DNA of 64,000 nucleotides. It comes from Actinomycetes bacterium. Its GTDB lineage: Bacteria > Actinomycetota > Acidimicrobiia > IMCC26256. Made by a program: the position numbers and the translations under genes. This document shows, one piece after another, positions 45,616 through 54,242 of this stretch (positions are counted from its first letter, which is position 1; each line of letters starts with the position of its first letter). Below the pieces are notes generated by a model. The model saw only the letters and a list, made by a program, of their open reading frames with translations, was not told the origin of the DNA and did no database searches. The DNA is taken from the NCBI GenBank assembly GCA_046081705.1, contig JBJTWK010000081.1:26680-90679 (forward strand), written 5' to 3'.

Positions 45616-47103
45616 TCAGGCGCCGGGCGTCGACGGCCCGCCGGTCACGCGCGCCTGCGCCCGACGGGCCGCGCGCCGCCGGAGACGCGACCCCCGCGTG
45701 CCGACGTCGACCGCCTGCTCGAGGATCATGCGGGCGAGGGTCTCGATCTCGTCGTTCACGAAGTGGAACGCCGAGGTGTCGACCTCCGGGTCGTCGAGCC
45801 ACTCGAGTGTGATGGCGTCCCCCGACTCGAGCAGGCCGGGCACGTACACGCTGAAGCCGAGGCCGAGGTCGGGCAGGCCCGCGCCGAGCACGGCGAGCGC
45901 GGGGTCGTTCGCGGGGAGGTTGACCCGCACGACCGCCGCACCGGAGTGCCGCATCTGCTCGATCGTCGCGTCGAGGACGTCGACGAGGTCGTCCCCGACG
46001 GTGTCGACCGTGATGTCGCCGAGCCGCTCGTCGGTGTCGTACGTGGACGAGGAGTGGCTGCGGGCCGGCCACTCGGTGACCGCCGGCTCGCCGCCGAGGG
46101 TCCGGTTCCAGTCCGTCCCCTCGAGGATGCGCTCGAGGAACGGCCGGTACGCGTCGGGAACCCACACCGTCGCCGGCGCGAGCGGACGCAGCGCCGAGTA
46201 GGCGACGGTCAGCGAGGAACGATCGTGGAGCAACCCGTCGGTGATGCCGACCTGCTGGAACGGCAGGTGGTCGTGCAGCCGCACCCCGACGAACCTCGCA
46301 CCCTCCTGGGCTGCGATGTGCTGGGTCGCGGTGTGGGTGAGCACCGGCTCGCGCAGGCGGCCCTCGACGCCGAGGTGGTGGAGCTGCGCGAGCAGTCGGT
46401 CGCCGAGTTCCTGGGCGAGGCCGCGCCGACGGAACCGCGGATCGGTGAAGGTCCCGCCCGTCTCCACGATGCTCGGCCCGATCCACACCGCACCCCAGTG
46501 CGCGACGACCTCGCCGGAGTCCGAGACCGCGACCTGCCCGATGCGGGTCTCCGCCGCGAGCTCCGCGGCGATCCGCTCCGGGTAGTAGAAGGCCGGGTTC
46601 GGGTACGTCCAGCCGTAGGTGCGGTAGATGCCCTGGGTGAGCCCGTCGGCGTCCACCGCAGTGAGCGGGCGCACGACGTGGTGCTCCTCACTGAGCGCCG
46701 CCTCCTCCCCGAGGACCTCGACCTCGCCGTGCTCGACCACTGCGTGGTGCTCCGGCAGGGCCAACCGCACGTGCAGCACGTTGCCGTGCGCGTCGTGCTG
46801 GCCGTCGATCCGCGACGCCGCGCCGAGGTCGAGGAGCGCGAGGACGCTCGACGGCGGCCCGGCGATCGGCGCGCCCCGATCGCGCAGCGTGATCGCCAGC
46901 TCGGTGCCCTCCTCGGCGATGTGCATCTCGATCGTCGCCGCCTCCTCACCCCCGGACAGCCGACGGCGGGCATCTTCGGCGAGGAGCCGCACGAGGTGGC
47001 CGGCGGCGTCGCCGTCGCCGCCGAGGCCGCGGGTCGCGGCCCGGGCGGCCGCGGCGATGGAGGAGATGCCGACCTCGTCGGCCGGTGCGGTGACGTCGAG
47101 CAT
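45616..47103 (-). CDS. HATPase_c-like (RsbW-type) domain fused to a GNAT acetyltransferase
   Basis: N-terminal LAITLRDRG...GNVLHVRL; GNAT core ETGGTFTDPRFRRRGLA; C-terminal extension. Confidence 0.7.
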   Translation of the reverse strand: MLDVTAPADEVGISSIAAAARAATRGLGGDGDAAGHLVRLLAEDARRRLSGGEEAATIEMHIAEEGTELAITLRDRGAPIAGPPSSVLALLDLGAASRIDGQHDAHGNVLHVRLALPEHHAVVEHGEVEVLGEEAALSEEHHVVRPLTAVDADGLTQGIYRTYGWTYPNPAFYYPERIAAELAAETRIGQVAVSDSGEVVAHWGAVWIGPSIVETGGTFTDPRFRRRGLAQELGDRLLAQLHHLGVEGRLREPVLTHTATQHIAAQEGARFVGVRLHDHLPFQQVGITDGLLHDRSSLTVAYSALRPLAPATVWVPDAYRPFLERILEGTDWNRTLGGEPAVTEWPARSHSSSTYDTDERLGDITVDTVGDDLVDVLDATIEQMRHSGAAVVRVNLPANDPALAVLGAGLPDLGLGFSVYVPGLLESGDAITLEWLDDPEVDTSAFHFVNDEIETLARMILEQAVDVGTRGSRLRRRAARRAQARVTGGPSTPGA

Positions 47104-47240
47104 GGGGGCGAAACTACCCAGCCGCGACCCGACGGGCCCACTGTGGCGACGACCGCTGACCCGATCCTGACCCGATCGGGGTGCGCCGACGATGCGGGAT
47201 CGGCCACGATGAGGCTCCGGTCGACGGCCAGGGGGCAGGC

Positions 47241-48452
47241 ATGGTGTTCCGCATCAACCGATCGTTCAGGATCGCGCCCGGGGTGCGGTTCCGGCTCAAC
47301 AAGGGCTCGGTCGGGCTCACCGTCGGGAAGGGCCCGCTCAACTACACCGTGAACTCGCGCGGTCGCCGCACGTCGAGTCTCGGCATCCCGGGGACGGGCA
47401 TGTACTTCCAGGACGTCCGGGGCGGCTCGTCGTCGCGCTCGTCCCGGTCGCGGACCCGCCCCGCACCCGAGCGGGCCGACGCGCCGGCACCGGTCGAGCC
47501 GGAGTACATCCGGGGCACCGCGGCCGAGGCGATCGCGACCTCACTGGCCACCCGGAAGCCGGGCTGGCTCGCGCCCAAGGGCGAGAAGGCGCTCCACCGA
47601 GCCCTGGCCACGCAGGACGCCGCGGCACTGGCGGAGATCGCAGCCGCCGCCGGTCCCTACACGGTGGCGGCGAACGCGCTCCTCGCGATCGTGGCGCCGT
47701 GCGAGGACGACGCCGGGCTCGAGGTGCGGGCGCGCGCCATCTACGCCGCGCTCGCCGCCGGTGATCCCGGGGAGGACGCCTTCATCGCCAAGTACGCGCC
47801 GGGCCTGCGGACCCATGTGCCGATCACCGAGCAGGTCGGCGCGGAACTCCCGATGAGTCGGGTCGGCCTCGCGCTCCTCCACGTCGAGACGCTCCAGGCG
47901 CTCGGGAGGATCGAGGAGGCCGCCGACTACGTGGCGAGCATCGAGCGCGACGAGGTGAGCGCACTCTCGCTCGCCGAACTCTGGATCGCGCTCGAGCGCT
48001 GGAGTGACGTCATCGATCTCACCACGGGGATCGAGAACGCCGACGACCTCTCGGCGCTCATGCTCGTGTACCGCGGGATCGCGTTCCGGGAGCAGGGGTA
48101 CTTCGACGCGGCCCGTGAGGCGTTCCGCGCCGCGCTGCGGTCCAAGAAGCGCAGTCCGCTCGTCCGCCACCTCGCGCTGTTCGCCCGCGCGCAGTGCTCG
48201 GTCGAGCAGCGCCGGTTCGCCGCGGCCCGCAAGGACCTCGAGACGATCCTCAACGAGGACCCCGCCTACGACGGCCTGCGCGAGGCGCTCGACGCGCTCG
48301 GACCGGCGAAGGCCCGCGGGCGCGGTGGCGCCGAGGCCGGATCCGCGGCGCCGGACGAGGACGGCACGGACGACGACGCCACGGACGACGACGGCACGGA
48401 CGACGACGAACCGGCGACCGGCCCGGCCGGGCCGCCCACGATGCTCACGTGA
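47241..48452 (+). CDS. DUF4236 domain + TPR protein
   Basis: FRINRSFRIAPGVRFRLNKGSVGLTVG...SLGIPGTGMYF; TPR-like YRGIAFREQGYFDAAREAF. Confidence 0.8.
   Translation: MVFRINRSFRIAPGVRFRLNKGSVGLTVGKGPLNYTVNSRGRRTSSLGIPGTGMYFQDVRGGSSSRSSRSRTRPAPERADAPAPVEPEYIRGTAAEAIATSLATRKPGWLAPKGEKALHRALATQDAAALAEIAAAAGPYTVAANALLAIVAPCEDDAGLEVRARAIYAALAAGDPGEDAFIAKYAPGLRTHVPITEQVGAELPMSRVGLALLHVETLQALGRIEEAADYVASIERDEVSALSLAELWIALERWSDVIDLTTGIENADDLSALMLVYRGIAFREQGYFDAAREAFRAALRSKKRSPLVRHLALFARAQCSVEQRRFAAARKDLETILNEDPAYDGLREALDALGPAKARGRGGAEAGSAAPDEDGTDDDATDDDGTDDDEPATGPAGPPTMLT
48360..48404 (+). repeat. 3 x 15-nt tandem repeat encoding an acidic tail (DGTDD/DATDD)
   Basis: GACGGCACGGACGAC / GACGCCACGGACGAC / GACGGCACGGACGAC. 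Confidence 0.85.
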
Positions 48453-48458
48453 AGCGGG

Positions 48459-50333
48459 TCAGGCGCCGGGTGTCGTGAGGATCTCAGCGAGGCGATCGGC
48501 GGGCATCGGGCGGTGCAAGCCGTACCCCTGACCGAGTCCGATCTCGAGGGCGACGAGGGTCTCGCGCTCGGCGTCGGTCTCGATCCCCTCGGCGAGCACG
48601 CTCAGCCCGAGACTCGCAGCCACGTCGGCCTGCGCGGCGACGAGCGCCTGCGCCGCCGGATCGCCCTCGATCCCCGCCACGAAGGAACGGTCGACCTTGA
48701 TGCCGGTGAACGGCAGGTCGCGCAGGCGCGCGAACGACGAGTAGCCGGTGCCGAAGTCGTCGATCTCGAGGGCGAACCCCGCCGCCCGCAGGGTGCGCAG
48801 ACCCTCGATGACGGTTGCGTTCTGCACCACGGCACTCTCGGTCATCTCGAAGCAGACGTGCCGGGGCTCGACCCCGGACCGCTCCGCGATCGCGAGGACG
48901 CGCGCGGCCGCGTCGGGTTTGCCGAGGTACGCACCGGACAGGTTGATGGCGATGCGGAACTCACGATCCGCCGGGGCGAACCGCTCGACGGTGTCCCGCA
49001 ACGCAGTCGCGATGATGTGCTCGGTCACCGCGTCGATCACGCCGATCCGCTCGGCGATCCGGATGAGGCGCTCGGGCGGGACCGTCCCGGTCATCGGTGC
49101 GTCCCAGCGGGCCAGGGCCTCGGCGCCGACCACCCGGTCGGTCGTGAGGTCCACGACCGGCTGGTAGGCGAGGTGGAGGAACTCGAACGCCTCGGCGACG
49201 TTGAGCACCTCGGTGAGTTGGAGGCGTTGGGCCACCCGGGCGCCGACCTCCGCGTCGAAGACCACCGTCCGGGCTCCGCCGTACCGCCACGCCTCGCGTT
49301 CCGCCGCCTCGGCCTCGGCGAGCAGCTCCGCCGCTCGACGGACCGCCCCCCGATCGACGGCGGCGCCGATGCTCGCGGTGATGCGCACCGACCGGCCGGC
49401 CATGACGAAGGGTTCCGCGAACGCCTGCTCGAGACCGGCGGTGAACTCCGCGAGCGCGAACTCGGTGGCCTCGGGCACGACGAGCACGGAGAACGCGTCG
49501 CTGCCGAACCGTCCGAGGATCGCCGCGTCGGGGGTGGCGGCCCGGAGGCGGGCCGTCACCTCGATGAGCACCTCGTCACCGAGCGCGAACCCGAACGCGT
49601 TGTTGATCTCGGTGAAGCCGTCGAGGTCCACGATCACCGCGACGATCGGCACCGGCCGGCGGGCCTCCCGGACCTCGGCGATCACCGACTCGACGTCGGC
49701 GGCGAAGGCCGCCCGGTTCAGGAGCCCGGTCAGGCGGTCCGTGCACTCGGCGTGGGCCACCCGCCCCTCGTCGTGTCGCCGTCCGACCGCGGCGGCGATC
49801 GTCTCGCCGATCGTGACGAGCACGTCGACGTCGACCCAGGAGAGCTGACTCCGGTGCGTGACGTAGTCGAACCCCATGAACCCGAGGAGTTCGCCGCCCG
49901 AGCGCAGCGGCGTGACGATCAACGAGCGGATGCTCTGCGCCGCCAACACCTCGCGGAGTTCCGCATCCTCGTCCGGGATCGCGTCGACGTCCTCGATGAA
50001 GACGTGCTCGGACTCCTCGAAGGCGTCGAGCCAGCCCTGTGCGAGATCCCGCGGCATGTTCTGGAGATTGTCGATCTCCGGCGAGATCCCGTCGGCGCAC
50101 CACTCGTGGGTGTTGTCGACGAACGCGCCCCCGGGTTGGAACTGGAACACGTAGGCGCGGTCGACCCCACAGAACTTCCCGACCTCGGCGAGCGTCTGGT
50201 CGATCGCCTCGTCGAGCCCGGCCACGGTCCGACCGGCGAGGGCCTGCATCACCGAGCGCGAGATGTTGTGCAGCCCGACGGCGCGGTCGACCTCAGAGCT
50301 CGACAGCGATCGCCGTTCGGGGATGCCGCTCAT
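48459..50333 (-). CDS. GAF-GGDEF(degenerate)-EAL protein, probable c-di-GMP phosphodiesterase
   Basis: GAF DRAYVF...THEWCA; DRLTGLLNR; GGDEF replaced by GSDAF; intact EAL, EMTE, DDFGTG, KVDRSF, AEGIE, QGY. Confidence 0.93.
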   Translation of the reverse strand: MSGIPERRSLSSSEVDRAVGLHNISRSVMQALAGRTVAGLDEAIDQTLAEVGKFCGVDRAYVFQFQPGGAFVDNTHEWCADGISPEIDNLQNMPRDLAQGWLDAFEESEHVFIEDVDAIPDEDAELREVLAAQSIRSLIVTPLRSGGELLGFMGFDYVTHRSQLSWVDVDVLVTIGETIAAAVGRRHDEGRVAHAECTDRLTGLLNRAAFAADVESVIAEVREARRPVPIVAVIVDLDGFTEINNAFGFALGDEVLIEVTARLRAATPDAAILGRFGSDAFSVLVVPEATEFALAEFTAGLEQAFAEPFVMAGRSVRITASIGAAVDRGAVRRAAELLAEAEAAEREAWRYGGARTVVFDAEVGARVAQRLQLTEVLNVAEAFEFLHLAYQPVVDLTTDRVVGAEALARWDAPMTGTVPPERLIRIAERIGVIDAVTEHIIATALRDTVERFAPADREFRIAINLSGAYLGKPDAAARVLAIAERSGVEPRHVCFEMTESAVVQNATVIEGLRTLRAAGFALEIDDFGTGYSSFARLRDLPFTGIKVDRSFVAGIEGDPAAQALVAAQADVAASLGLSVLAEGIETDAERETLVALEIGLGQGYGLHRPMPADRLAEILTTPGA

Positions 50334-50346
50334 GCCCGGAACGATA

Positions 50347-50361
50347 GTGACGTTCCGTCAC
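50347..50361. promoter_or_regulatory. Inverted repeat abutting the -10 (TATCGT) of the EAL gene
   Basis: GTGACG-TTC-CGTCAC directly upstream of the -10 at 50341-50346. Confidence 0.35.
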
Positions 50362-50422
50362 GGACCCGACCGGCGCCGGCCCAGCCCGACGCGCGGCTGA
50401 ACTCCCTGCAGGCGCGCGGTCC

Positions 50423-53400
50423 TCAGACCACGGCCAGACTGCGCACGATCCCGACCGACTCGGCCAGCACGGCTCGCCGGGCCCGAAGCGCCTGCGTCTC
50501 CTCGTCGTCGGTCCCGAGGAGCGCGAGGAGCGTGTCGATCGCCGCCACCTCCTCGACCGGGAGTCCCTGGGCCGCAGCCGCCGACAGTGTTCCCCGCACC
50601 GCCGCCGCGGCACGGAGCACATCGCCGGCGCGTGCGAGGAGCGCGGCATCGAGGCGCGCGAACCAGATCGGGAGCATGCCGGTGCGCTCGAGCTGGTCGA
50701 CCCGAGGGCGCGCCGAATCCAACGCGACCCGTGCGGCCGCATCGTCACCGGCGAGGAGGTGTGCCTCGGCGATCCGCAACTCGGTGTCGACGGCCCACGA
50801 CGCGTGGCCCAGGGCCCGGAAGCCTTCGAGCACATCCTCGAGGAGCTCGAGCGCCCGGGCGGAGTCCCGGCGCCACGCGGCGGCACGACCGAGCCCACTC
50901 CGCGCGAGCAGGAGACCGTCCCGGCTCCCGATCGCCCGGAACCTGCGCTGCGCGTCCGAGAAGTCGGCGACCGCCTCGTCGTACCGGCCGAGCCCGGCGA
51001 GGCACTCACCGCGGTTGTGGATCGAGAGTGCGGCGCCATCGGCGTCACCACACCGGCCGAAGGCCTCCGCCGCGGACCGGAACAGGTCGAGCGCCGGAGC
51101 CGGTCGATCGGCATCCATGTTCGCGACACCGAGATTGAGGTCGAGGCAGGCACGCCGGAAGTCGTCGCCGGAGCGTGCCATCGCCGTGCGGGCACGCGTC
51201 GCGTAGGGCTCGCCGTCCGGATGCCCGAGGAAGGCGGTCATCGTCGCCGCTTGGAGGAGCGCCTGGGCCGCGCGCTCCCCGCCGATCACCTCTGCGCGTT
51301 CCAGCACCCGCAACGAGACGCCGAGCGCGGCGCGATTGCGGTCCTGATGGTGCAGCGTGGATGCGTAGGCGAGGTGGGCCTCGATCTCCTCCGACTCCTT
51401 CGCCGGCGAATCCGCGCACCGTGCACAGGTCGAGATCGCCCGCCGGTACCAGCGCAGCGACTGCGGGAGGGCACCCCCACGCGCCGTGACCTCTCCCCGC
51501 TTGCGCAGGACGCGGGCCCGCTCGACGCTCGGATCCTCGGTCAGGCGCTGGGCCCGGGCGAACCACCGCTGCGCTGCGTCGCGCTCCCCGATCCGGTACG
51601 CGAGGTCGCCCGCCTCCTCGCAGAGGGCCACGACCTCGGACCGGTCGACCCGATCGATGCGATCGGCCACCCCGATCGCATCGACGGCGAGGGCGTACCC
51701 GTCGACCGGTGCGGACCGGTCGACCGCATCGCGCAGGGCCCGACGGGTCCACTCCCATGCCAGATCGAGCGCGCGGCCGGTGACAGCGTGGAACGCGAGC
51801 AGGGCCGCGTCCGGGGTCGCCCCGCCGGCGAGTCGATGCGCGACCGCGGCATGCAACGCGCGACGGCGGGTGAGCGACAACCCCTCGTAGGCGATCTCCC
51901 GGAAGGCCGGCTCACGGAACTCGGCCACGCCGTCGGCGACGACGACGAACTCCTCGGTGCCGACCCAGGCGTCCTCCTGCGCGGCACCGGGATCGCCGAT
52001 CACGTCGGCGAGCAGTCCGAGATCCACCCGGCGCCCGAGCACCGCCGCCTCCCGGAGCAGGAGACGCGGCCGGGTCGGCACCGCATCGATCCCGGCGGCC
52101 ACGACCCGCTCGACGGTCTCCGGCAGCGCGCCACCGCTCTGCGCCGCCCCGGCGAGACCCCGGAGGAAGAACGGATTGCCCGCGCCGAGCACGAGCACAC
52201 GCTCGAGCACGTGCTCACCGATCGGCGCGTCATCGGTGAGATCGATCACGAGATCCCGCGCCGCCGCCGCGCCGAGCGCAGCCAGTTCGAGCCGTCGCCG
52301 GTCCAGGTCGTCGAGGTCGCACTCGTCCCGGTGCGCGATCACGACACCGAACGGAGCGCCGAGCCCGACCTGCCGTGCGAGCCGACGCGCGAGGGACTGC
52401 GACGCGTCGTCGAAACCCCCGAAGGAGTCGAGCACGAGGGTCGTTCCGGGATCCAGCGATGCCGCGAGCAGTTCGGCGACGACCTCGTCACGCCGGTCCG
52501 CCACGAAGTCCGGGCCGAGCGCATCGACCTCGGCCGTCCGACCCGCAGTGGCCCCGATGGCCTCGGCGAGCAGCGGGAGCCACGGTCCGAGCCGAGCGGC
52601 GTGGGCAGCGACCCGCGCCGCGAGGGCGGCCCCGGCCGCCCCGGGGGATGCGTCGTCGTCGATCATCAGCGCACGCCGCACCAGCTTGCGGGCCGCAGCG
52701 AGTGGTCGGTGCTTGGCGTAGGGCTCGCCCGTGACCCGGACCACCCGGCCGCCCCGGGCCGCCACGACCTCGTCGACCAGGCGGGTCTTGCCGATGCCGG
52801 CCGGGCCCGTCACCTCGATGACCTCGCCGGCCTCGAGCGCCGCGAGGAGCGCGGCGGCCTCCGCGTCGCGACCCACCATCGGCGTGGCGCGTGCGTCAGC
52901 GACGTCGGCGGCCGACCGGATCTCGATCAGATCCACCGTCTCGACCGGCGCCGCCTTGCCCTTCGCGCGGAACGGCGCACACGGCTCGGTGCGCACCCGG
53001 CCGCGCACCCGCTGGAGCAGGGGCGCGTGGACGAGCAACTGCCCCGGGGCGGCGTGGGCCATGATGCGCGCCGCGAGGTTCGTCGCGTCGCCGCTGATGC
53101 TGTACGTGCGTCGCTGCGGATGCCCGACGTCGCCCGTGAAGTTCCGGCCCCGGTTCACCCCGATCGCGAGATCGAGGCCGAGATCGGCATCGAGGATCTC
53201 CCGGGCCGCCACGAGGAGGCGGTCCTCGTCGTCCTCGTGGGCGACGGGCGACCCGGCCACGAGGACGAAGTCGGCCGCGCCGGGGAGAGCATCCGCACCC
53301 ACCCAGAGCAGTCCGTACTCGTCCTGCACCCGCTCGATCTCGACCGCGAGCGCCTGCAGACGCTCGACCGTCGCCACAGCGCCATCGTTCGCCAACCGCC

Positions 53401-54172
53401 CGTCGAGGTCGCGCACCCCGACGAACGCGAGGCTCAGCTGACGGTGCTCACCCGGGATCGCCCCGGCCGCGAGCAGGTCACGCACCGGCTCCGGCACGCA
53501 CGCGCGCGCGATCTGCGGGTCCACCTCCCCGTCGAAGTCACCGTCGTCGGTCCCCGGGTCGAGCGGCACCCGGAGGAGACGCGCCATGCCCGTACCGGTC
53601 GGCCTCGACCACGCGGCCGGGAGGAGCGCTGCGGTCTCGGGTGTCACGAGGACCTGGGTGGCCTCGGCCTCCTTCTCGGCCGCGAGCGCGCGACTGATGT
53701 GCTCGCCGAGCGCGAGGACGACGCACTGACGCGACCCGAGGCGGGCGAAGGTCGCCGGCCCCGCGTGCATGCCGACCGACATCCGGAGGCGGACCCGGCC
53801 GATCTCCGATGTGATCGATCCGTGGTCCCGGATGAACCGCTGCATCGCCACCGCGGCGTGGGCGGCTCGGACCGGGTGCCCGTCACCGGTGAAGTGCACG
53901 AGGATCGCGTCGCCGCTGAACTGCAGGACGTCCCCGCCCTGCGCTCGTGCGGCGGTGATGAGCCCGACGAAGAGCATGTCGGCGATCTCCGTGATCGCTT
54001 CGGCTCCCTCGGGCCCGAGGCGGGCGAGGCGCTCGGTCAGGCGGGTGTACCCCGAGACGTCGAAGAACCCCAGCGTCCCGTCGACGACCTGGAAGGGCAC
54101 GCCGTCGGGCCACCGGTGTGCGAGCCGCGACCCGAAGACCGCGAGCCGCCCGTCTCCCCCCGCGCCGACCAC
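50423..54172 (-). CDS. Soluble-adenylyl-cyclase-like protein: two class III cyclase domains + STAND/AAA ATPase + TPR
   Basis: Domain 1 FFDVSGYT...QFSGDA (metal Asp pair); domain 2 TYSISGDATNLAARI; Walker A GPAGIGKT; EFREPAFREIAY; TPR-like C-terminus. Start chosen at the GTG after GGAGG (ORF open from 54289). Confidence 0.88.
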   Translation of the reverse strand: MVGAGGDGRLAVFGSRLAHRWPDGVPFQVVDGTLGFFDVSGYTRLTERLARLGPEGAEAITEIADMLFVGLITAARAQGGDVLQFSGDAILVHFTGDGHPVRAAHAAVAMQRFIRDHGSITSEIGRVRLRMSVGMHAGPATFARLGSRQCVVLALGEHISRALAAEKEAEATQVLVTPETAALLPAAWSRPTGTGMARLLRVPLDPGTDDGDFDGEVDPQIARACVPEPVRDLLAAGAIPGEHRQLSLAFVGVRDLDGRLANDGAVATVERLQALAVEIERVQDEYGLLWVGADALPGAADFVLVAGSPVAHEDDEDRLLVAAREILDADLGLDLAIGVNRGRNFTGDVGHPQRRTYSISGDATNLAARIMAHAAPGQLLVHAPLLQRVRGRVRTEPCAPFRAKGKAAPVETVDLIEIRSAADVADARATPMVGRDAEAAALLAALEAGEVIEVTGPAGIGKTRLVDEVVAARGGRVVRVTGEPYAKHRPLAAARKLVRRALMIDDDASPGAAGAALAARVAAHAARLGPWLPLLAEAIGATAGRTAEVDALGPDFVADRRDEVVAELLAASLDPGTTLVLDSFGGFDDASQSLARRLARQVGLGAPFGVVIAHRDECDLDDLDRRRLELAALGAAAARDLVIDLTDDAPIGEHVLERVLVLGAGNPFFLRGLAGAAQSGGALPETVERVVAAGIDAVPTRPRLLLREAAVLGRRVDLGLLADVIGDPGAAQEDAWVGTEEFVVVADGVAEFREPAFREIAYEGLSLTRRRALHAAVAHRLAGGATPDAALLAFHAVTGRALDLAWEWTRRALRDAVDRSAPVDGYALAVDAIGVADRIDRVDRSEVVALCEEAGDLAYRIGERDAAQRWFARAQRLTEDPSVERARVLRKRGEVTARGGALPQSLRWYRRAISTCARCADSPAKESEEIEAHLAYASTLHHQDRNRAALGVSLRVLERAEVIGGERAAQALLQAATMTAFLGHPDGEPYATRARTAMARSGDDFRRACLDLNLGVANMDADRPAPALDLFRSAAEAFGRCGDADGAALSIHNRGECLAGLGRYDEAVADFSDAQRRFRAIGSRDGLLLARSGLGRAAAWRRDSARALELLEDVLEGFRALGHASWAVDTELRIAEAHLLAGDDAAARVALDSARPRVDQLERTGMLPIWFARLDAALLARAGDVLRAAAAVRGTLSAAAAQGLPVEEVAAIDTLLALLGTDDEETQALRARRAVLAESVGIVRSLAVV

Positions 54173-54242
54173 CGTGGAGCCGTCCTCCGTCGAACCGGCG
54201 AGCCACCGCCCGCGCCGTGACGCGGACGGTAGCGCGCGGAAC

